A stretch of 53,372 nucleotides of DNA, from positions 1 through 53,372 of the forward strand of contig JBDREB010000391.1 in NCBI GenBank assembly GCA_043820325.1, written 5' to 3'. Origin of the DNA: Planctomycetota bacterium (GTDB lineage Bacteria > Planctomycetota > JBDREB01). Below, piece after piece: positions 1 through 8,091 of the stretch; within the stretch, counting starts at the first letter, position 1, and every line of letters starts with the position of its first letter. Under the pieces are notes generated by a model that saw only the letters and a program-made list of their open reading frames with translations, searched no databases and was not told the origin of the DNA. The position numbers and the translations under genes were made by a program.

Positions 1-1
1 A

Positions 2-137
2 CGCTTGTTTTGGGTCCAATTGGGTTGGGCACGGCATGCCGTGCCCCTACCAAACAAGATCCGGCTTGAACCAACGTTCCGGAATCGGGTCATTATGATG
101 ATTGAGATCTGGCCCCTTAATTATGGGGCGGTGTACT
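2..137. repeat. Dispersed ~135-bp structured repeat, left-end copy (inverted partner at 53232-53362)
   Basis: Hand alignment of 2-137 with the reverse complement of 53232-53362 gives 7 substitutions plus one 5-nt indel. It contains a perfect 20-bp palindrome GGGCACGGCATGCCGTGCCC (27-46) followed by CTAC. Confidence 0.85.
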
Positions 138-147
138 TAGATATGTG

Positions 148-422
148 CAGATTTCCTGATCCCGGCGGAAAATGCTTTGGCACTTTTTGGCGTCAGCCAG
201 GCGCGTGAATCAACCATGGGCCGGTTTGGGTGGTTACCGTAGGGGCGGGTTTGAAACCTGCCCTTTATTGCCGTTTCGCGATTAGACGGGAGGGCGGGTT
301 TCAAACCCGCCCCTACACGGTTGACATCCGGATGTTCCCCGTACAATCACCTGTGGGTCGGAAAAAGTGCCGAACCTTTTCCGAATAACATGCCCGGTTA
401 CAGATAGGGATCAGGAAATCTG
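148..422 (+). mobile_element. MITE-like non-autonomous element, copy A (275 bp)
   Basis: Perfect 16-bp terminal inverted repeats CAGATTTCCTGATCCC (148-163) and GGGATCAGGAAATCTG (407-422). A 5-bp direct duplication ATGTG flanks it (143-147 and 423-427). A second copy lies at 10724-10994 (about 9 substitutions and 2 indels by hand). No ORF with coding character. Confidence 0.85.
321..347 (+). promoter_or_regulatory. Sigma70-like hexamer pair inside MITE copy A (TTGACA-15 nt-TACAAT)
   Basis: TTGACA at 321-326 and TACAAT at 342-347. The 15-nt spacer is shorter than the 17-nt optimum. The pair is conserved in copy B. Confidence 0.25.
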
Positions 423-551
423 ATGTGATCCCCAAACCGTAACCGTTTACCCTTGCCGATACGGGTCATGGACCTTGAGCGAGCTTCGAGTCGAAAGGCT
501 TTGTTACCGTAGCCGGTTTTACCGCGAATGCCGAAAGACGCCCTTTTTTTA

Positions 552-579
552 TTGACTCAAGCGTTAAATCCGGTAAAAT
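552..579 (+). promoter_or_regulatory. Sigma70-like promoter upstream of the kinase/regulator pair
   Basis: TTGACT (552-557), 16-nt spacer, TAAAAT (574-579), in an AT-rich island 63 nt upstream of ATG 642. The palindrome TGACAC-N9-GTGTCA (588-608) lies just downstream. Confidence 0.35.
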
Positions 580-641
580 GCCCACTTTGACACATTGCAA
601 TCGTGTCATATTGACATTATTCTCGCAAGGGCTGATCGGGC

Positions 642-1349
642 ATGAGTCAAAAGATCGGTGACCTGACGACAACGGGTGAGATCGCCCGGCTATTCGCCCA
701 TGATGTCAAGAACCATCTGGCATCGATCAAGATGAATGTCGATATGCTGGAAGACAACCTCGCCGGCCGGGGACTGGAGGACGAAGGCACGCGCACCAAG
801 GTGGGCCGCATCCGGACCAGTCTTCACCTGATCACCGACATGGTGCAGGATTTCCTGCGGCTGTCGAATCCCTTGAACCCGGTCTTCGCCCCCATCGATA
901 TCAACGCGGTCGTTCGGGATTTGGCGGCGTTCATAGAACCGGAGTGTTCCGCCACCCGGATCAGGATCGTATTTGACCTGGCCGCAGACCTTCCGGCCGT
1001 GGAGACGGACCGCCGGATCCTGAGCACCATCCTGCTCAATTTAGTGGTTAATTCTCGCGAGGCGATCGGTGCCGACGGCGTGATCACCCTAACCAGCACC
1101 CGGTCGGGTCCCGATGGGGTGGCTCTCTCCGTGGCCGACACGGGCGGCGGAGCGACCCCGGAGGTCGCGTCGCGCCTGCTCATACGGTCTTTTTCGACCA
1201 AGGAGGAGGGCACCGGCCTCGGCCTGATCATTGTCCGCCAAGCGGTCGCCGTTCTGGGCGGGTCCATCCGGTTCGAGAACCGGCCCCATGAGGGTCTGTC
1301 CTTCATTGTCGACCTGCCCGTGCGGCGGTCCATACCGCCCGCGCTTTGA
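642..1349 (+). CDS. Sensor-less histidine kinase (HisKA-type H-box + HATPase_c)
   Basis: 235-aa ORF. H-box FAHDVKNHLASI. ATPase boxes LLNLVVNSREA, DTGGG and GTGLGLIIV. No TM segment or sensor domain precedes the H-box. Confidence 0.85.
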   Translation: MSQKIGDLTTTGEIARLFAHDVKNHLASIKMNVDMLEDNLAGRGLEDEGTRTKVGRIRTSLHLITDMVQDFLRLSNPLNPVFAPIDINAVVRDLAAFIEPECSATRIRIVFDLAADLPAVETDRRILSTILLNLVVNSREAIGADGVITLTSTRSGPDGVALSVADTGGGATPEVASRLLIRSFSTKEEGTGLGLIIVRQAVAVLGGSIRFENRPHEGLSFIVDLPVRRSIPPAL

Positions 1350-1375
1350 AACCCCCAGCCAAGGAGACGCCCCCC

Positions 1376-2761
1376 ATGCCTGAATCACTGATCGTGGGCA
1401 TCATCGACGACGATGTCACCCTGCGCGACACCCTGGTCGATTTCGTGCGCAGCAAGGGCCATCGCGCCGAGGTGTTCACCCGGGGCGAGGAGTTGATCGC
1501 TTTCCTCAATGAAGGCGGGGTGGTCCATGTGATCATCACCGACCTGATGCTGCCGGGGATGTCGGGGCTCGATCTGCTGAAGACCCTGCAGGCCGATTTT
1601 TACCACATCGAGGTCATCTTCATCACCGGGTACGCGACGGTGGACACGGCGATCGAGGCCATCCGGCGGGGGGCCCGCTCCTACCTGGAAAAGCCCATCA
1701 ACAGCCGGCGCCTGGAGGCCGAGCTGGAGAGCGCCGCTTCCGTGAGCCGCATCTTCAAGGACAACATCATGCTCTCGCGGCGGCTCCAGGAAAAGAAGGC
1801 GTTCCAGCGCCTGCTGGGGGCCAGCCGGGCGATCGAGGATGTGAAGAAGACCATCAGCCAGGTGGCGCCGACCGATGTCACGGTCCTGATCATGGGCGAG
1901 AGCGGCACGGGCAAGGAACTGGTGGCCGACGCGATCCAGCAGATCTCCGCCCGCGCCAACGAGCATTACCTGAAGGTCAACCTGGGGGCCCTGCCCAAGG
2001 ACCTTTTGGAAAGCGAGCTCTTCGGGCATGAGAAGGGGGCCTTCACCGGCGCCATCGAACAGCGCAAGGGGCGGTTCGAGCTGGCCGACAAGGGGGTGAT
2101 CTTCCTCGACGAGATCGGGGATCTCTCCCTGGCCGGGCAGGTGAAGCTCCTGCGGGTCCTGGAGTCGGGGGAGTTCGAGCGGGTGGGCGGCCAGCGGAGC
2201 CTGAAGGTGCATGTGCGCGTGATCGCCGCCACCAATGTGGAGCTGGAAAAGGCCGTGGCCGAGGGGCGGTTCCGCGAGGACCTTTTCTACCGCCTGAATG
2301 TGTTCCGCATCAATGTGCCGCCCCTGCGGGAGCGGACGGAGGACATACCCCTCATCGCCTTCAGCTATCTCCAGGAGATCAACGAGCGCTACCGGCTCAA
2401 CAAGCGGATCACCGAGGAGGCCCTCCAGGCGCTCCGGTCCTATGCCTGGCCCGGTAATGTGCGCGAGCTCAAGAACGCCATTGAGCGCGCGGCCATCATG
2501 AGCCGGGGCGAGGCGATCGGCCGGGAGGACATCCCGGCGGAGATCATGCAGAAGCGGGTGGTCCCCGCGGCGGGACCCGGGGCGGCCGCGGCCGGTGCCA
2601 CCATGGCCGCGATCGAGAAGCAGGCCATCCTTCAGGCCCTGGGGCAGAATGGCGGCAACAAGAAAAAGACCGCCGAACAGCTGGAGATCGGCCTGAAGAC
2701 CCTCTATCGGAAGCTGGCCCAGTACGGCCCGGAAGGGGAAATTCCTCCGAAAATCGGTTAA
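1376..2761 (+). CDS. Sigma54-dependent response regulator (NtrC family: REC + AAA+ + Fis-type HTH)
   Basis: REC domain (IIDDD ... TDLMLPGMSG). AAA+ motifs GESGTGKE and ESELFGHEKGAFTGA. C-terminal HTH (KKKTAEQLEIGLKTLYRKL). AAGGAG lies 9 nt upstream of ATG 1376. TTG 1346 from the ORF track is an alternative start. Confidence 0.9.
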   Translation: MPESLIVGIIDDDVTLRDTLVDFVRSKGHRAEVFTRGEELIAFLNEGGVVHVIITDLMLPGMSGLDLLKTLQADFYHIEVIFITGYATVDTAIEAIRRGARSYLEKPINSRRLEAELESAASVSRIFKDNIMLSRRLQEKKAFQRLLGASRAIEDVKKTISQVAPTDVTVLIMGESGTGKELVADAIQQISARANEHYLKVNLGALPKDLLESELFGHEKGAFTGAIEQRKGRFELADKGVIFLDEIGDLSLAGQVKLLRVLESGEFERVGGQRSLKVHVRVIAATNVELEKAVAEGRFREDLFYRLNVFRINVPPLRERTEDIPLIAFSYLQEINERYRLNKRITEEALQALRSYAWPGNVRELKNAIERAAIMSRGEAIGREDIPAEIMQKRVVPAAGPGAAAAGATMAAIEKQAILQALGQNGGNKKKTAEQLEIGLKTLYRKLAQYGPEGEIPPKIG

Positions 2762-2862
2762 CACGCCGGCCGGAGGCGAGTATCTATATGCAGGCACCGG
2801 CCGTCGTCCGGGGCCGTTCGGATGGCTGGAGCGTTGAAAACTTAAAAAAATATGTTTTTTGT

Positions 2863-2890
2863 TTGACATCGCCAGTGACAAAACTATAAT
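2863..2890 (+). promoter_or_regulatory. Consensus sigma70 promoter for the pilus-like operon
   Basis: TTGACA (2863-2868), 16-nt spacer, TATAAT (2885-2890). An A/T tract (2841-2860) resembling an UP element precedes it. It lies 90 nt upstream of the TTG start at 2980, in an AT-rich island. Confidence 0.45.
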
Positions 2891-2979
2891 GAATTAATTT
2901 ATTGTATCTGGGCCGCAGTGCAGTGCATCAAAACGGCGCTATTCGCCGGTTTGGACCGCTTGCATAAGGAGCGCGTCTA

Positions 2980-5007
2980 TTGTTCGGATTGACTGAAATC
3001 TGGAGCATCGATATCGGTGCCTCGGCCATCAAGGCCATGAAGCTGGTCAAGATCAAGAACCAGGTGGTGGTGGCCGATTACGACACCGTCGATATCGCCG
3101 ACTTCGAGGGATTCGAGGGCGAGGCCGAGGACTTCCAATACGAGAAGATCAAGCGCGCGCTCCAGAACCTGGTGAACCGCAAACGCCTCCGGGATGTCCA
3201 GGTGGCCGTGGTCCTGCCCGGTCACACGGCCATGGTCAAGAAGATCCGTTTCCCCACCCCCGATGTCAAGGGGGTGGAGCGGATGATCGGCTTCGAAGCG
3301 GCCCAGCAGATCCCGTTCCCTCTCGAAGAGGTGGTGTGGGACTACCAGCTTCTGGGCGTATCCGAATCCGGGACCGAATACGAGGTCTCCCTCTTCGCGA
3401 TCAAGAAGGGGCTGGTCAACCGGTACCTGCAGATCCTCAAGGATGTCCAGCTCAAGGTGGAGATCCTCCAGGTCGCGCCCATGGCCCTCTACAATTTCGT
3501 GTTCTACGATGTCCCGCCGGCGAAGGGCGAGGATAATGTGATCCTGCTCTATGTCGGGGCGCACAACAGCGACCTCGTCATCTGTTCGGGACGGAACTTC
3601 CTCATCCGCAACATCCCCATCGGCGGCGAGGACATCACCAAGGCCTTCCAGCGCAAGTTCTCCGTCGGGTTCGACGAGGCCGAGAAGATCAAGCGCGAGA
3701 TCACCGATTCGAAACAGTCCCAGAAGCTCTTCGAGAAGGTGGTCGCGCCCATCATGAACGACCTGGTGGGCGACATGCAGCGCACCATCAACTTCTTCAA
3801 GTCGCAGAACCAGGGGGTCGAGTTCAACGGCATCATCACCTCGGGCGGTACCTTCCAGATGCCCGGCACGCTCCAGTTCCTGGCCGACCGGTTCCAGATC
3901 GGCGTCATCAACATCGACGAAATGGAACGGATCTCGGTCGGCATCCGCGATGTGGACGCCTTCTTCCATATCCTGCCGCGTATGCCCATGGCCCTTGGCG
4001 CGGGATTGCAGGCGCTCGGCGAAGGCCCGGTGACCGTCAACCTGCTCCCGGCCGATGTCCGCACGGCCAAGACCTATGAGCGGAAACGCCCCTACGCCAT
4101 CGTCGCCCTGATCGTGGTCATCATCACGCTGGTCCTGGGCATCTGGGTCGGCAAAAAGAAGGCCCGGTTCTACGATGGCGAGATCGGGATGTGGACCGAA
4201 TTGGTCGACGAGTCCCGCAAGTACGAGGCTGATTACACGAAGCTGGTCGGCCAGATCGAGCCGGTGAACGCCACCTGCCAGAAACTGGTGGGGCTCTCCA
4301 ACCTGCTGGAGGATGTCACGAGCGGCAAGGATGTGCCGGCCCGGTATGCCCATGTCCGGGCCCTGAACGGGATCTTCGGCACGGTCGCGAAGTTCAACGA
4401 TCCCGATGACGAGACCAAGTCCATCTGGATCGACGAATGTACCATCGAAAAGATGCCGCGGACCTGGGATGCGATCTACGAACGGATCGTCGCCGCGGCG
4501 CGGATCTCCGGGGACATGCCGCTCGGCTCGATCGAAAGCGTGATCGTGCCGCCGCAGCGGGCCGCGGCCGGCGGTGGTCCGCAAAGGCCCGGTATGCCCG
4601 GCCCGCCGGGGCGCATGTCGACCGAAAGCTCGGGTACCGCGTCGGGGGAGGAGGTCCTCTACTGCTACCTCAAGGGCCGCACCCGCCAGGGTAATGCCGA
4701 AGTGATCAAATTCATTGAAGTGGTCAACGAGTCGATGAGCGACATCCTCTTCTCCACCCCCAGCGGTGAGAATACGGTCGGCGGCCAGATGGTCTCAAGC
4801 TATACATTCGTGGAAAGCGCCACCGGCGTCATGCGCAGCGAGGCCGGCTCCGGCGTGGGGGCCGTCAGCGGGGGTAAAGAACAACGGGAATACATGGTGT
4901 TCAAGATCGTCTGGGTGGCGAAGCTGAAACCGGACGCGGCGGCCGCGTCCGTGGGTGCCGCCGCACCGGCCGGCGCCGGCGCCGTGATCAAGATCAGACA
5001 ACCGTAA
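2980..5007 (+). CDS. pilM: PilM-PilN fusion protein with long C-terminal extension (type IV pilus-like assembly platform)
   Basis: N-terminal actin-like PilM signature (IWSIDIGASAIKAMKL...). The PilN hallmark NLLP is at 4039-4050 (VNLLPADVR), followed by the TM helix YAIVALIVVIITLVLGIWVG. About 270 further residues have no recognised domain. AAGGAG lies 8 nt upstream of TTG 2980. Confidence 0.8.
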   Translation: MFGLTEIWSIDIGASAIKAMKLVKIKNQVVVADYDTVDIADFEGFEGEAEDFQYEKIKRALQNLVNRKRLRDVQVAVVLPGHTAMVKKIRFPTPDVKGVERMIGFEAAQQIPFPLEEVVWDYQLLGVSESGTEYEVSLFAIKKGLVNRYLQILKDVQLKVEILQVAPMALYNFVFYDVPPAKGEDNVILLYVGAHNSDLVICSGRNFLIRNIPIGGEDITKAFQRKFSVGFDEAEKIKREITDSKQSQKLFEKVVAPIMNDLVGDMQRTINFFKSQNQGVEFNGIITSGGTFQMPGTLQFLADRFQIGVINIDEMERISVGIRDVDAFFHILPRMPMALGAGLQALGEGPVTVNLLPADVRTAKTYERKRPYAIVALIVVIITLVLGIWVGKKKARFYDGEIGMWTELVDESRKYEADYTKLVGQIEPVNATCQKLVGLSNLLEDVTSGKDVPARYAHVRALNGIFGTVAKFNDPDDETKSIWIDECTIEKMPRTWDAIYERIVAAARISGDMPLGSIESVIVPPQRAAAGGGPQRPGMPGPPGRMSTESSGTASGEEVLYCYLKGRTRQGNAEVIKFIEVVNESMSDILFSTPSGENTVGGQMVSSYTFVESATGVMRSEAGSGVGAVSGGKEQREYMVFKIVWVAKLKPDAAAASVGAAAPAGAGAVIKIRQP

Positions 5008-5013
5008 GAAGAG

Positions 5014-6105
5014 ATGATGATGAAAAAACTATTCTGGATCATTTACGGCAGCGTGACCCTGGTAGTGCTGGCAGGCGGGATATTTGTCCTGCGGTCGGTC
5101 GACCAGACAAATGTGAAGTTGGACGGCCAATACCAAGAGAAGAAGTTGAATGCCGACAAGATTGAGGCCAAGATCAATGAAAACAAATTGCCGACCGGGG
5201 CCTGGCCCCAGTTGTTCCAGCGCCGACTGGAGGCTTTCCAGGGCCAGGAAGAGAAATTGAAGGGCCGCTTGAGCGGTTACAACGCCATTTTGAGCAAAAA
5301 GCTTCCCGGGTCCGGCCGGATCGAGCTTTTTGACGGGGAATTCAAGCAGGTCTGGGGTGAAATCCTCACCCACCTGCTGAAGGGCGGGTTTGAGGTCAGC
5401 AACGCCGCCGTCACCCTGGCCAACCTGTCCGAACAGTTCAACAGCGGCGCCCTGGCCCAGCCCCTTGGTATCAGCATGGGCTGGGTGGCGCAGGGCCGGG
5501 TCACGGCCGTCGCGCCCGAACAGCGCAAGACGGCCGAACTCCAGTACTGGCTCCAGGCGGCGCTCATCAAACATTTCATGGCGGCCGAGACCGCCAATGA
5601 ATGGGCCGCCTACGAGTATAAACGCAAGGAACCGGTGGCCGCGACCCCCGGCATGGATGGGGGCCGTCCGGCCGGCCGCCGGGGCATCACGGTCGATACG
5701 GAGAAGAAGGGACCGCCGCCGCCCGCCCTGGTCCGGATCGTGTTTGCCCCCCCGGAAGCGGTCGGCATGGAGAATCGGCGCGATTTTTCCGGCGCGGACG
5801 GTGAAGGCGTCAATTACATCACCAAGGGCGAGTTCACTGACGAGCATAATTTCAGCGCGGAATTCAAGGTGCGCCTGTCATCCCTGCCCGCGTTCATCAA
5901 CAACATCCTGGCCGATCCGGATGTGTTCTTCGTCATTGACGGGATCAGCACCAAGGCCATCATGCGCAGCGGCGAGGATGACAAGATCGCGCGCGATTTC
6001 AAGGGCCCCGTTTCGGCGGCCAAGGAACCCCCGGTCACCCTGTTCATCAAGGGCCGGGTGCTCTTTTTCGACTTTACCCGCCTGGCCGGTGGAGCCCCCC
6101 GCTGA
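5014..6105 (+). CDS. Bitopic membrane protein in the PilO position (N-terminal TM + coiled coil)
   Basis: 363-aa ORF 6 nt after the pilMN stop. It has the TM LFWIIYGSVTLVVLAGGIFVL and then a Lys/Glu-rich coiled-coil segment. The function call rests on position and architecture only. Confidence 0.6.
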   Translation: MMMKKLFWIIYGSVTLVVLAGGIFVLRSVDQTNVKLDGQYQEKKLNADKIEAKINENKLPTGAWPQLFQRRLEAFQGQEEKLKGRLSGYNAILSKKLPGSGRIELFDGEFKQVWGEILTHLLKGGFEVSNAAVTLANLSEQFNSGALAQPLGISMGWVAQGRVTAVAPEQRKTAELQYWLQAALIKHFMAAETANEWAAYEYKRKEPVAATPGMDGGRPAGRRGITVDTEKKGPPPPALVRIVFAPPEAVGMENRRDFSGADGEGVNYITKGEFTDEHNFSAEFKVRLSSLPAFINNILADPDVFFVIDGISTKAIMRSGEDDKIARDFKGPVSAAKEPPVTLFIKGRVLFFDFTRLAGGAPR

Positions 6106-6107
6106 AA

Positions 6108-6118
6108 GGGGGGGGGGG
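6108..6118. repeat. G11 homopolymer tract
   Basis: Eleven consecutive G starting 2 nt after the TGA at 6103-6105 and ending 43 nt before ATG 6162. Confidence 0.95.
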
Positions 6119-6161
6119 CATCGGTGGAGCGGGATAGCGGTTCGAGGGAGAACGCAACGAC

Positions 6162-8048
6162 ATGAAAAAGTTCATAGTGGCCCACTTCGAGAAGTTCCTC
6201 TTCGGGATCGTGGCCGTGGTCTGTCTGGCGCTTGTGATCCAGAACATCATGGTGATCGTGGCGATGCGCACCGACGCTCCCGCGCTCGAGGCGTTCCGCG
6301 CGAAGGTCAAGATCGCCGTTGAGGCCCCGACCACCCCGGCCATCGACCCCGTTCCCGATTACGCGGGGAGCATTGAGGAACGCCTGGTCGGCGGCAAGGT
6401 GGTCCGCCTGGCCCCCATCCCCGGCACCCAGGACCTGGCCTATAACCGTGAATTCCAGGAGAAGGTCCCGATCGATGAGCGGGTCCGGTTCGCCCTGCTC
6501 CCGCCCAAGGCCGCCACGATGGTGGTGAAGGCCGGCTACCAGGTTGTGCCGGCCGTGTTTGACAATGACGATACGGTGCCCGGGCTGGTGGTCAACACCA
6601 GCCGTTCCCAGACATCCACCGCGGAGGATTTTGACAAGCACGCGGCCGTGGTCTTCGCCGGGCTGGCCCAGCGCCGGCTGGTCCATGACGGCAAGAACGC
6701 CCTGACCGACACGCCGTGGGAGACGCTCACCGGCTCCGCGGCCGATCCGCGCTGGGCCGATCTCGAGGAACCCCTCACCACGACCTTCCTGCTCGTCGGC
6801 GGGGTCCCGTCCGTGACCGATGTTCCGGCCGCCGGGAGCAATCAACCGGTCGATGATCCCGACCGGTACGAGGGTGAACGCGACCGGATGTCCGGCCGTG
6901 GATCGCGCGGCCGTGGGGCCGAGGCCCAGGTCGCCACGGTCTCCCTGCAGTTCAATTGCGAAGATGCCGGTGTGGAGGCATGCAAGACCTATGCCTACCG
7001 GTTCGCCGTGGTCGCGGCCATGCAGAAGGGGGTGCGCCTCTTCCGGATCGCCTCCACGCCCGAGGACCTGGAACTGGACGAAGATGCCAAGCGCGAATTC
7101 AACCTTGACAAGTACGCCCCGGGCGATGCATTCATCGGCAACCCGACCATCGACAAGGCGGTCCTGGTCAATAAATTCAATGTGACCGGTCTGCCGGAGC
7201 TCAAGGCCCAGCCCGCGGCCGGGTCGGCCAAGCCCGACAAGGTGAAGGGCTCCAAGACGGACAAGACCGACGCCGGTGCGGTGGTCCCGTTCTATCTGGT
7301 CCGGTCCGAGTGGTCGGCCGAAACGACCGCCACGCCGATGCCTGACTCCGATGTCTACCTTTCGGGAGAGTTGGGCGGCGCGGTGGCGGTCTATATCGTG
7401 AAACACTACCGTTTTACTTACAAACGGCCCAAGGTTGACGATCCATACGGCGGTGGTGGGTATGGCCCTGAGCCGGGCGGTGCCGCCCCGGCACCCCGTC
7501 CGGAGGACATGATCGAAGAAACGGCTTGGGTTGAACTCCTCTTCAACTTCAGCCACATCGTGGGTGACCGGATCGGCAAGGAGGCCAGACTCCGCACGGT
7601 CGGCGGGACCAATTTCCCGGACAGGCAGAGTCGTCCCATCGATTTCACCACGCCGTGGGTGATCCAGGAACTGGGCCGCGGTGACCTGGTGGAAGAGCGG
7701 GAGATCGAGGATTGGATCAAGAACCCCGTAACAGGGGAACTGGAACTGAAGAAGATCAAAAAGCAGAACATCCAGACCGATGTGCTTTTTATGGTCATCC
7801 GCAACATCATCACCGACCAGACCGAGAAAAAGTGGCTCGTCGGCGGCGATGTGATCAACCGTCTCCGGGCAGCCGCCGCCGAGGCGGCCGCCCGTGTGGT
7901 GGCGCAGATCCAGGCGGCCCAGCAGAACACGGCGCCCCGGGCGCCGCGGTCTGGGCGCGAGGAGCGCCCGCCCGGTCCGACGGGTCCGTCGAAGGGACCG
8001 GGACCCAAGGGCCCCATTGATGAACGAGACCCTGTGATGGGGGATTGA
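6162..8048 (+). CDS. Bitopic membrane protein of unknown function (between the PilO-like gene and the secretin)
   Basis: 628-aa ORF. N-terminal TM FLFGIVAVVCLALVIQNIMVIV. Coding-like codon usage. Basic, Pro/Gly-rich C-terminus. No motif recognised. Confidence 0.6.
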   Translation: MKKFIVAHFEKFLFGIVAVVCLALVIQNIMVIVAMRTDAPALEAFRAKVKIAVEAPTTPAIDPVPDYAGSIEERLVGGKVVRLAPIPGTQDLAYNREFQEKVPIDERVRFALLPPKAATMVVKAGYQVVPAVFDNDDTVPGLVVNTSRSQTSTAEDFDKHAAVVFAGLAQRRLVHDGKNALTDTPWETLTGSAADPRWADLEEPLTTTFLLVGGVPSVTDVPAAGSNQPVDDPDRYEGERDRMSGRGSRGRGAEAQVATVSLQFNCEDAGVEACKTYAYRFAVVAAMQKGVRLFRIASTPEDLELDEDAKREFNLDKYAPGDAFIGNPTIDKAVLVNKFNVTGLPELKAQPAAGSAKPDKVKGSKTDKTDAGAVVPFYLVRSEWSAETTATPMPDSDVYLSGELGGAVAVYIVKHYRFTYKRPKVDDPYGGGGYGPEPGGAAPAPRPEDMIEETAWVELLFNFSHIVGDRIGKEARLRTVGGTNFPDRQSRPIDFTTPWVIQELGRGDLVEEREIEDWIKNPVTGELELKKIKKQNIQTDVLFMVIRNIITDQTEKKWLVGGDVINRLRAAAAEAAARVVAQIQAAQQNTAPRAPRSGREERPPGPTGPSKGPGPKGPIDERDPVMGD

Positions 8049-8091
8049 TATGCCAGTTAAACCCATGTGTTTATTTTTTGGAGGATTGCGT

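Noticed and set aside
5-346. Short ORFs 5-208 (+) and 137-346 (-), and 10699-10965 (+), encoding peptides such as GRFQTRPYG and GGFQTRPYTV.
   Set aside because: They lie entirely within the dispersed repeat and the MITE copies. The peptide similarity simply reflects translation of the palindromes.
2952-2964. Possible sigma54 promoter TGGACCGCTTGCA upstream of the PilM-PilN gene, attractive because an NtrC-type activator is adjacent.
   Set aside because: The GG and GC dinucleotides are 3 nt closer together than in the TGGCAC-N5-TTGC consensus. The element also overlaps the ribosome-binding region.
5390-6322. 310-aa + strand ORF in an alternative frame that runs through the G11 tract and could fuse two genes after a frameshift.
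   Set aside because: Its translation is Arg/Ser/Pro-rich and motif-free. The annotated frames on either side have proper TM helices and start/stop signals, so this is an overlapping-frame artefact.
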